A program made the position numbers and the translations under genes. A DNA stretch of 64,000 bases, taken from an uncultured Acetatifactor sp. Its GTDB lineage: Bacteria; Bacillota; Clostridia; Lachnospirales; Lachnospiraceae. This document shows, in pieces, positions 37,687-46,600 of this stretch; within the stretch, counting starts at the first letter, position 1, and every line of letters begins with the position of its first letter. Location of the stretch: assembly GCA_910577035.1 (NCBI GenBank), contig CAJTKW010000005.1, forward strand, positions 1,958-65,957. Reading direction: 5' to 3'. A model generated the notes under the pieces. That model did no database searches and had not been told where the DNA came from. It saw only the letters and a program-made list of their open reading frames with translations.

Positions 37687-38487
37687 ATGAGGTTTTCTAT
37701 TGTTACGGTGGCCCTGAATCCGGGGAATAAGCTTCAGAAGACGCTGGACAGTGTCTTTTGCCAGACCTGTACCGATTATGAGGTGGTACTTAAGGACGGG
37801 GGCAGCACCGACGGCTCCATGGACAAATGGAGGGATGGGAAGCAGGTACGCTTTTTCGGCATGCCTGACAAGGGCATCTATGATGCCATGAACCAGGCGG
37901 TGCAGCAGGCGGAGGGCGACTTTGTCCTGTTCTTAAACTGCGGCGATACGCTGGCAGACAGGAGGGTGCTGGAGCGGGTGGCAGAGCAGATCGACAGGGC
38001 GGGGGAGCATATGCCCCTGGTTCTTTACGGGGATACCGTCAGTGCCGGAACGGGAGCAACGATTGCCTCGCCGCCGAAGATAACGGGGTTTACCTGCTAC
38101 CGCAACATTCCCTGCCACCAGTCCTGTTTCTACAGCAGGGATCTGTGCCGGGAGAAGCCGTATGACCTGCAGTACAGGATCAGGGCGGATTATGACCACT
38201 TTCTCTGGTGCCGTTACAAGGGGGGAGCAGATTTTCGGTATCTGAACTTTCCGGTATCCGCCTACGAGGGCGGGGGATATTCCGAGAGCAGGGAGAACGG
38301 GGAACGTGACAGGAGAGAGCATAGGCTGATTACCGGGGAATATATGTCCCCCTCGGAGTTGTTCTGTTATCGTGCGGCCATGGTGCTCACGCTTGCGCCT
38401 CTCCGGCGGAGAATAGCGGGGAGCAGACTGCTGGCTGGTGGTTATCAGCGGCTGAAAAGGGTTTTGTATGGGGGAAGAAGGAAATGA
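37687..38487 (+). CDS. Glycosyltransferase family 2 (WcaE-like)
   Basis: FSIVTV, DGGSTDG, DKGIYDAMN, FLNCGD, HQS and ADYD motifs. Confidence 0.9.
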   Translation: MRFSIVTVALNPGNKLQKTLDSVFCQTCTDYEVVLKDGGSTDGSMDKWRDGKQVRFFGMPDKGIYDAMNQAVQQAEGDFVLFLNCGDTLADRRVLERVAEQIDRAGEHMPLVLYGDTVSAGTGATIASPPKITGFTCYRNIPCHQSCFYSRDLCREKPYDLQYRIRADYDHFLWCRYKGGADFRYLNFPVSAYEGGGYSESRENGERDRREHRLITGEYMSPSELFCYRAAMVLTLAPLRRRIAGSRLLAGGYQRLKRVLYGGRRK

Positions 38488-40973
38488 GAAGAAGGAGCTT
38501 CTACAAAAGTCTGGCAGTGCTGATGGCCGTGACTCTGCTTGCAGGGCAATACAGCTTTTCTGCCAGGGCGGAGACTGCCGGCAGCATAAGCGCAGGAGAT
38601 GCCGGGAGGGCGGAGACTGCCGGCAGCATAAGCGCAGGAGATGCCGGGAGGGCGGAAACTGCCGGCAGCATAAGTGCAGGAGATGCCGGGAGGGCGGAAT
38701 TCGCCGGCAGTGTAAGCGGAAGTGATGTGGCAGACGAGTTTACGATAGACGGTATCCGGTACAGAATCATGTCTTCTGCCGGGGTAGAGCTTGTGAAGGC
38801 AGATTCTGCAGCTCTTTCCCAGAACGTTGTCATTCCCGTTGGGGTGGAGGGCCCGGATCATAGGGAATATGAAGTAGTGAGTATCAGGGAGGACGCATTC
38901 ACAGGCTGTGGCATGGTAAGCATGCAAATACCGGACAGTGTGACAAGTATTGGATCGGGGGCCTTTGCGGAGTGTGAAAGCCTGGAAAGTATCCGGATTC
39001 CCGGGGGAGTCAGGAGCATCGGCTACTATACGTTTTGGAACTGCAGAAAATTGAAGAGCGTCCAGCTTCAGGAGGGGATTGCGGCGATTGAAGTGGGGGC
39101 GTTTGGAAATTGTGAAAGCCTGGAAAGTATTTTGATTCCGGGCAGTGTATCAAGTATTGGGCAGCAGGCTTTTTATGAATGCAAAAGCCTGAAAAGCGTC
39201 TTCCTGCAGAATGGAATTGCGGATATTGGTATCCGTGCATTCTGTGGCTGCAGCAGTCTGAAGGATGTCCGGCTTTCGGATACCATTATCAAAATTGGCC
39301 AAAGTGCGTTTGAAGGCTGTGGGAGCCTGGAGAGTATTCAAATTCCAAACAGTGTGGAGGAGATTGGCAGCAGTGCATTTTATCGTTGTAAGAGCCTGAA
39401 CAGTGTTCAAATACCGGAGGGTATCACTCGCATTGAGAATTGGGTATTTGGCGAGTGTGGAAACCTGGAGAATATAGAAATTCCCCAAAGTGTTACCGTA
39501 ATCGGCCAGGGGGCGTTTTTCAGCTGTGCGGGGTTAAAAGACATTCAGCTGCCGGATCAGCTTGCCAGGATTGAAGATAAGGCGTTTTGCGGTTGTGATG
39601 GCCTGGAGAGCATTGAAATCCCGGGCAGCGTTGAGTACATTGGGAAGGCAGCATTTTCAGCTTGTAATCATATTCACAGTTTTCGGATTGCAGTGAAGAC
39701 GGAAGAGACAGACGGCAGGAAGTGGGTAAAACCGCTCTCGGTGGATGAGGACGCTTTTGCAAATCTGGTTCCCGATAATTCCCGTAAAATTGTTTTCCTG
39801 ACGGAAGACGGTGCGGCAGAATTATCCGATACCTCATCCCCCGCACTGGCAGAAGCCTGGGAGGCCTATCGGAATGTGAATGACGGTGATCCGGGTGACA
39901 ATTATTGGTATGGCTGGTATCTGGGGGAAGCTCCCGCCGTGGAAGTCAATCCGGTTTATTCCGTGACGGTCCGGGTGTACATAGACAATGAAGAATGCTC
40001 TGTCCATGACAGGATTTTCATGCTGTACCGGGAGGATTTGGCAGTATCGGACCTGACCCGGGTAAGCAGCGGGACATATGAGATTTATGATGTGTCAGGC
40101 GCACCGGGCAGGGCCGCCGGGATGCCAGGGCTGAACACGGGAGTAACGGTGGAGGTAAATGGCAAAGACGCCATTGCCAGAGTAGATTATTATACAGTAA
40201 CCTTTTATGATGGAGATACGGCATATGACATGGATTCAAGCCAAAGACCACAGGTGATTCTGAAGGGGTATCCGGTATCCAGGCCGGATGATCCTGTGAA
40301 GGAAGGCGTTGTGTTCCAAAGGTGGGTAGCGGGACCGCTGGAAACGGCAGCCTATGATTTTAACCGGAAGATACAGGAAAAGACAGCACTTTATGCCGTG
40401 TGGACGGAGAAGGAGCCGGACACCCCGGAAGCACCTGACAAGCCTGGGGAAGGGGACAAGCCGGAAGTACCGGACAAGCCTGGGGAAGGAGACAAGCTGG
40501 AGGCACCTGACAAGCCTGGGGAAGGGGATAAGCCGGAAGAGCCGGGCAGTCCGGAAGCACCGGATAAGCCGGGGGAAAGCGGGATCCCCGGCGGGCCGCA
40601 AGCGCCGATTGCCGGGGATATGTGGGCGACAGGCAGCGGGGCAGAAAATAATAGCAGCAGTTATTCCGCGGAGAATAACAATCCTTCCGGCAGCAGGGAG
40701 CCTGAAACCGGCGATACTACTCAAGTCCAGGTATATGCAACCATTGCCATGATAGCCGGGCTGCTGTATTTGTTGCTGTATTTTGCGGATTCGGATCATG
40801 GGATGACGGAAGAAAAGAAGGAAAGTCTGGTGTCGGCGCTGATCGGGTGGGCCAAAAGAGGAGGCTGTCTGCGCAGGTATGCGGCCATTGCAGCAATCTT
40901 CTGCCTGTTATGCTATTATCACGGTATCGGAAAACCCCGGGGTTTTCGGGGATCTGCCCGCAGCCTGCGGTGA
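38484..40973 (+). CDS. BspA-type leucine-rich-repeat surface protein with InlB B-repeat-like domain and EPxTG tail
   Basis: Signal peptide; repeated IPxSVxxIGxxAFxxCxxL units; P.KEG..F..W..YDF..LYAVW; PDKPGEGDK stalk; EPETG followed by a TM segment. Confidence 0.88.
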   Translation: MRRRSFYKSLAVLMAVTLLAGQYSFSARAETAGSISAGDAGRAETAGSISAGDAGRAETAGSISAGDAGRAEFAGSVSGSDVADEFTIDGIRYRIMSSAGVELVKADSAALSQNVVIPVGVEGPDHREYEVVSIREDAFTGCGMVSMQIPDSVTSIGSGAFAECESLESIRIPGGVRSIGYYTFWNCRKLKSVQLQEGIAAIEVGAFGNCESLESILIPGSVSSIGQQAFYECKSLKSVFLQNGIADIGIRAFCGCSSLKDVRLSDTIIKIGQSAFEGCGSLESIQIPNSVEEIGSSAFYRCKSLNSVQIPEGITRIENWVFGECGNLENIEIPQSVTVIGQGAFFSCAGLKDIQLPDQLARIEDKAFCGCDGLESIEIPGSVEYIGKAAFSACNHIHSFRIAVKTEETDGRKWVKPLSVDEDAFANLVPDNSRKIVFLTEDGAAELSDTSSPALAEAWEAYRNVNDGDPGDNYWYGWYLGEAPAVEVNPVYSVTVRVYIDNEECSVHDRIFMLYREDLAVSDLTRVSSGTYEIYDVSGAPGRAAGMPGLNTGVTVEVNGKDAIARVDYYTVTFYDGDTAYDMDSSQRPQVILKGYPVSRPDDPVKEGVVFQRWVAGPLETAAYDFNRKIQEKTALYAVWTEKEPDTPEAPDKPGEGDKPEVPDKPGEGDKLEAPDKPGEGDKPEEPGSPEAPDKPGESGIPGGPQAPIAGDMWATGSGAENNSSSYSAENNNPSGSREPETGDTTQVQVYATIAMIAGLLYLLLYFADSDHGMTEEKKESLVSALIGWAKRGGCLRRYAAIAAIFCLLCYYHGIGKPRGFRGSARSLR
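38565..38720 (+). repeat. 42-bp tandem repeat (three copies plus partial; RAETAGSISAGDAG)
   Basis: agggcggagactgccggcagcataagcgcaggagatgccggg units. Confidence 0.92.
40425..40577 (+). repeat. 36-bp Pro-rich stalk repeat (three copies plus degenerate; PEAPDKPGEGDK)
   Basis: ccggaagcacctgacaagcctggggaaggggacaag units. Confidence 0.88.
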
Positions 40974-41007
40974 ATGGTGCTGAGGAAGAAGGGGCATGGA
41001 GGGCTGT

Positions 41008-41850
41008 ATGAAGGATTTTATCAGATTAACGGATCTTCGATCAGAACAGGTGTATGAGATATTTCATATTGCAGATGAAGTCGGCAGCGGAAAGTACAGC
41101 GGTTTTCTGGCGGGAAAAAGCGTGGTCCTGTTCTTTCCGGCTTCCGGTATCAGAACCCGGGTAACCTTTGAAAGGGGGATTCATCTGCTGGGAGGGCAGT
41201 CCATATTGTTTCCGGGTGAAACATTGGACAAGAAGGAGGACATCCGGGATGTCTGCGGGTACCTGGATAATTGGGCGGATATGATAATCGTGCGCCACAA
41301 AGAGATCGGTCTGGTAGAAAGTTTAGCCGCATATTCCGGGATTCCGGTCGTTAATGCCATGACGGACAGTAACCATCCCTGTGAGATTCTTTCTGATTTG
41401 TATTCACTTTCAAAGTGCAGGGAGAACTTTGTGAAGGATAAATACCTGTTCTGCGGGAAAAGCGGCAATATCGGTCTGGCCTGGAAGGAGGCGGCTGCGG
41501 TGATGGGCTTCGAGCTGTCCCAGTGCTGCGGAGCCGGGTATGAGATGGAAGGTGTAAGGGTATACCATGATATAAAAGAAGCGGTCCCGGGAAAGGATAT
41601 TGTCTGTACGGACTCGCTTCCTGCCGGGGCGCTGCAGGATTTCGAAGCCTGTCAGGTAACCCGGGAGATCATGGATCTGGCAAACAGGGGAGCCCTGTTA
41701 AACCCCTGCCCGCCCTTTTACCGGGGAGAAGAGGTGTCCGAAGATGTCATACAATCGGAATATTTTGTGGGGTATGAGTTTAAAAAGAGTCTGCTGGCAG
41801 TTCAGCAGGCGGTGATGATTTGGTGTCTGCAACCAATAGTTGCCGGATAG
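41008..41850 (+). CDS. Ornithine carbamoyltransferase-like transcarbamylase (atypical motifs)
   Basis: FFPASGIRTRVTFE, E..RD, IVRH, PVVNAMTDSNHPCE and NPCPPFYRGEEV motifs. Confidence 0.8.
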   Translation: MKDFIRLTDLRSEQVYEIFHIADEVGSGKYSGFLAGKSVVLFFPASGIRTRVTFERGIHLLGGQSILFPGETLDKKEDIRDVCGYLDNWADMIIVRHKEIGLVESLAAYSGIPVVNAMTDSNHPCEILSDLYSLSKCRENFVKDKYLFCGKSGNIGLAWKEAAAVMGFELSQCCGAGYEMEGVRVYHDIKEAVPGKDIVCTDSLPAGALQDFEACQVTREIMDLANRGALLNPCPPFYRGEEVSEDVIQSEYFVGYEFKKSLLAVQQAVMIWCLQPIVAG

Positions 41851-41913
41851 TTGGTGGAATGCAGCGGTAGGAATTGATATAGTATTGCCATCAAATCAAA
41901 GGAGGCTGATACT

Positions 41914-42981
41914 ATGAGTGAAAGCAGGCTGGCATATAATATCGCGCGTTATAGAAAAAGGAAGGGGTTATCACAGGAAAAGGTTTCCGAATATATGGGT
42001 GTAAGCCGTCAGGCAGTAACGAAATGGGAAACTGATCTTTCCAGACCCAGCTCCGATCATCTGATCCGGCTGGCAGAGCTGCTGGGAGTAAGTGTTGACA
42101 CTTTGCTGGGTGCAGATTCGCAGGAAGCTTTTTCCGGAAAGTCAGGGAATGTGGAGGAGAGCGTATCCTGTTTCGGACAGGAACCGGTTCAGGAAGGAAC
42201 TGATCCGGGAATAAGCCGGCTTGGATATAAGGCCGATATGGGTAAAGTGCCGTGGATTTTAGTGGGAGTTTCTGTTTCCTGTATCTTGACATATATGGTC
42301 AACAGTCTGATATGGGGCATTTTCAGCGGAGGAGTCCTGATCTGCATGTTTCTGATCTGCGTTCCCATACAGATGTTCCTGCATGTCATTTTTTCCAATG
42401 CGCTGAAGAATGATTCCTTCAGCGGAATCGCCGGGTTTGATGAGAAAACGGAATATAATCTGTGTGAAGTAAAAAAGCTGCTGGTGCAGATGGATCTGCA
42501 GATCGGAATTTTGTCGGCAGTATTTGTTTTCCTGCTTTGTGTGGTAAATTGTATGAAGTTTGAGGCTGGATGGCTGAACGGTCTTTTGGTTCTCCTGTAT
42601 GCGATGAATTTTACGGCGACGGTGGAATTCTGTAATTATAAGGGGATCGACAGGATTTATTGCCGGGAAGAGGATAAAGAGCGGGCCCGGCGAAGTATGC
42701 CGGTCACGGCGGTTTATACGGTGGTGGTAATGGCAGGAGTATTAATAACATATGTGATATTTGAAACAAGAGGAATTGAGAACAATACCTGGCCGGCTAT
42801 AAAAGCGGGTGGGATTTTGCTTTCAGGTATCCTGGCGGCAACGGCGGGATTCCTTTTGGAACACAGCCGGATCAGGAAGTGGGATCCTGTAAATACAGGA
42901 TACAGGACCGGCAGGATAAGCCTGCTGTGTCTGATGATTTGTGTGACGCTGTATGCAGCAGCGGCATGGAGGTTCACGTGA
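41914..42981 (+). CDS. XRE-family HTH regulator with C-terminal membrane domain
   Basis: RKRKGLSQE..GVSRQAVTKWE; several hydrophobic helices follow. Confidence 0.85.
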   Translation: MSESRLAYNIARYRKRKGLSQEKVSEYMGVSRQAVTKWETDLSRPSSDHLIRLAELLGVSVDTLLGADSQEAFSGKSGNVEESVSCFGQEPVQEGTDPGISRLGYKADMGKVPWILVGVSVSCILTYMVNSLIWGIFSGGVLICMFLICVPIQMFLHVIFSNALKNDSFSGIAGFDEKTEYNLCEVKKLLVQMDLQIGILSAVFVFLLCVVNCMKFEAGWLNGLLVLLYAMNFTATVEFCNYKGIDRIYCREEDKERARRSMPVTAVYTVVVMAGVLITYVIFETRGIENNTWPAIKAGGILLSGILAATAGFLLEHSRIRKWDPVNTGYRTGRISLLCLMICVTLYAAAAWRFT

Positions 42982-42993
42982 AGGAGGGAAACG

Positions 42994-43509
42994 ATGATAA
43001 TTATAATAACGGGTGCTTCTCATACGGGCAAGACGGCTTTTGCGCAAAGACTGCTGGAAAAATATAAATTTCCATACCTGTCCATTGACCATTTGAAAAT
43101 GGGCCTGATCCGCAGCGGATATACGGCCTTGACGCCTGTCAGCGACGATGGGGCCCTGACGGAATATTTATGGCCTGTTGTCCGTGAGATGATAAAAACG
43201 GCAGTTGAAAACGAGCAGAACCTGATTGTGGAGGGATGTTATGTGCCCTATGACTGGAAGAAGGATTTTGAGCAGGAATATCTGGAGCATATCAGGTATT
43301 TCTGCCTTGTGCTGAGTGAAGGGTATATCAGGAAGCATTTTGCCGACATTAAAAAATATGCCAGTGTCATTGAAAACCGAGGTGAGGATGAGTATTGCAC
43401 TCCGGAAACGGTGATAAAGGATAATGCGGAAGTCCTGAAAATGTGCAGGCTTAATTCGATAGAGCCTATCCTCATTGAGGAAAGGTATGAAATCCGGGTT
43501 GAGCTGTAA
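42994..43509 (+). CDS. P-loop kinase-like protein
   Basis: IIIITGASHTGKT Walker A; SIDHLKMGL and LIVEG. Confidence 0.75.
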   Translation: MIIIITGASHTGKTAFAQRLLEKYKFPYLSIDHLKMGLIRSGYTALTPVSDDGALTEYLWPVVREMIKTAVENEQNLIVEGCYVPYDWKKDFEQEYLEHIRYFCLVLSEGYIRKHFADIKKYASVIENRGEDEYCTPETVIKDNAEVLKMCRLNSIEPILIEERYEIRVEL

Positions 43510-43525
43510 TGCGGGCACCATGAAT

Positions 43526-43645
43526 TGTCAAATAATCTGACAATTTAAGAAAAAGTAGTTATTTACAAACGCCAAAAAGTATTGTATAGTGTTTTAAGAT
43601 AAAAGAGCGCAAAGGAGCGTAGGACGGCTTCCTTGCGCTCTTTTT
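43526..43645 (+). promoter_or_regulatory. gltBD control region: GlnR/TnrA-type box, promoter and leader terminator
   Basis: TGTCA-N7-TGACA at 43526-43542; TTTACA-N17-TATAGT at 43562-43590; hairpin plus T5 at 43603-43645. Confidence 0.7.
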
Positions 43646-43689
43646 GCGTGCCTGTGGCCGCAGGAGTTGTATGAGAAGGAGGAAAAAGC

Positions 43690-46600
43690 ATGTTTGACGT
43701 GAAGAGAGATGCTTCGAAGGCGCCCCTTTACCGGGAGGAATTTGAACATGATAACTGTGGTATCGGCGCCTGTGTGAATATGAAGGGGGAGAAAAGCCGG
43801 GAGACGGTGGAGAATGCCCTGAAGATCGTGGAGAACCTGGAACACAGGGCGGGAAAGGACGCAGAGGGCAAGACCGGAGACGGCGTGGGAATCCTGACCC
43901 AGATTCCCCACAGGTTTTTTGCCAGGGTGACAAAGCCGCTGGGGATAGAGCTGGGGAAGGAGCGGGAGTACGGCGTGGGCATGTTTTTCTTTCCCCAGGA
44001 AGAGCTGCGGAGGAACCAGGCCAAGAAGATGTTTGAGATCATTGTGGAAAAGGAAGGGCTGGAATTCCTGGGCTGGAGGGAGGTGCCCACTTTTCCCAAT
44101 GTGCTGGGGCACAAGGCGGTGGAATGTATGCCCCATATCATGCAGGGTTTTGTGAAAAAGCCTGCCGATGTGAAGAAGGGGCCGGATTTTGACCGCAGGC
44201 TTTATATTGCAAGGCGCCTGTTCGAGCAGTCCACCGGGGATACCTATGTGGTTTCTTTTTCCAGCCGTACCATTGTATACAAGGGAATGTTCCTGGTGGG
44301 ACAGCTGCGTACCTTCTATGCGGATCTCCAGAGCGAGGACTACGTATCGGCAATTGCCATGGTGCACTCCCGTTTTTCCACCAATACCAATCCCAGCTGG
44401 GAACGGGCCCATCCCAACCGTTTGATGGTACATAACGGCGAGATCAACACCATCCGGGGCAATGCGGACAAAATGCTTGCCCGGGAAGAAAATATGGAAT
44501 CGGAGTACCTGAGGGGGCAGATGCACAAGGTGCTGCCTGCCATCAGCAAGACCGGATCCGATTCGGCCATGCTGGACAATACCCTGGAATTCCTGGTGAT
44601 GAGCGGGATGGATCTGCCTCTGGCGGTGATGATTGCCATTCCGGAGCCCTGGGCAAATGACAAAGCCATGTCCCAGGCCAAGAAGGATTTCTATCAGTAT
44701 TATGCTACCATGATGGAACCTTGGGACGGGCCTGCATCCATTTTGTTCTCCGACGGGGACATTATGGGGGCGGTACTGGACAGAAACGGCCTTCGCCCCT
44801 CCCGTTACCTGATTACCGATGACGGGATGCTGATTCTTTCTTCGGAGGTGGGGGTACTGGATCTTGATCCTGCGGGAATAGTAGTCAAGGAGCGGCTGCG
44901 TCCCGGCAAGATGCTGTTGGTGGATACCGTTCAGGGCAGGGTTATATCCGACGAGGAACTGAAGGAAAAGTATGCTTCCCGCCAGCCCTACGGTGAATGG
45001 CTGGACAGCAACCTGGTATTCCTGAAGGATCTGGTCATTCCGAACCAGCGTGTTCCGGAGTATACCAGTGAGGAACGTCAGCGGATGCAGAAGGCCTTCG
45101 GCTATACCTATGACGAGCTCAAGACCAGTATCCTCCCCATGGCAAAGAACGGCGGGGAGGCCATTGCGGCTATGGGGGTGGATACGCCGCTGCCTGTGCT
45201 CAGCAAGTCCTGCCATCCGTTGTTCCATTATTTCAAGCAGTTGTTTGCCCAGGTAACGAACCCGCCCATTGACGCCATCCGGGAAGAAATTGTTACCTCT
45301 ACTACAGTTTATATTGGGCCGGAAGGCAATATCCTGCAGGAAACCCCGAAAAACTGCAATGTGCTTCGGGTGAATAATCCTATTTTGACCAATACGGATT
45401 TGCTGAAGATTAAGAATATGAAGGCTGACGGCTTCCGTGTGGAGGTAGTCCCCATAACCTATTATAAGAATACCAGCCTGGAGCGGGCTATTGACAGGCT
45501 CTTTGTGGAGGTGGACCGGGCGTACAGGGACGGTGTGAATATCCTGATCCTTTCCGACCGGGGGGTGGATGAGAACCATGTGCCCATTCCGTCCCTGCTG
45601 GCAGTATCCGCCCTGAACCAATATCTGGTACACACCAGGAAGAGGACCAGGGTAGCGCTGATCCTGGAGTCCGGCGAACCCAGGGAGGTGCACCATTTTG
45701 CCACCCTTTTAGGCTATGGGGCCTGTGCCATTAACCCATACCTGGCCCAGGATTCCATCCGGGAGCTGATTGATAACCATATGCTGGATAAGGATTATTA
45801 CGCGGCAGTGAATGACTACAATAATGCCGTGCTCCACGGTATTGTCAAGATCGCGTCCAAGATGGGAATCAGCACCATCCAGTCCTATCAGGGCTCTCAG
45901 ATTTTTGAAGCCATCGGCATTGATGAAGGAGTTATCAGCAAATACTTCAGCAATACGGTATGCCGGGTGGGGGGGATCACGTTGAAGGATATTGAGGAGC
46001 AGGTGGATCAGCTGCACTCCATGGCTTTTGACCCCCTGGGGCTGGGCAGTGACCTGACCCTGGACAGTCCTGGCCATCATAAGATGCGGAGCGGCGGAGA
46101 GGAACACCTTTACAATCCCGCCACCATCCACATGCTGCAGGAGTCCACCAGGCGGGGGGACTATCAGATGTTCAGGCAGTATACCGCCATGGTGAACGAT
46201 GAAACAAAAGTCAGGAACCTGAGAGGGCTTATGGACTTCAATTATCCCAAAAAGGGAATTGCCCTGGAAGCGGTGGAACCTGTGGAGTCCATCGTGACGC
46301 GCTTTAAGACGGGGGCCATGTCCTACGGCTCAATCTCTCAGGAGGCTCATGAGACCATGGCCATTGCCATGAACAGGCTGCGCGGAAAGAGCAATTCCGG
46401 CGAAGGCGGCGAAGACCTGGAAAGGCTGACGGCAGGAGCGGATGGCCAAAACCGCTGCTCGGCCATAAAGCAGGTGGCCAGCGGCAGATTCGGCGTCACC
46501 AGCCGTTACCTTGTGAGTGCGAAGGAGATTCAGATTAAGATGGCCCAGGGTGCAAAACCCGGGGAAGGAGGGCACCTGCCCGGAGGGAAGGTCTATCCGT

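Noticed and set aside
43594..45696. 700-aa minus-strand ORF
   Set aside because: Antisense shadow of gltB with no recognisable motifs; expected in GC-rich, codon-biased DNA
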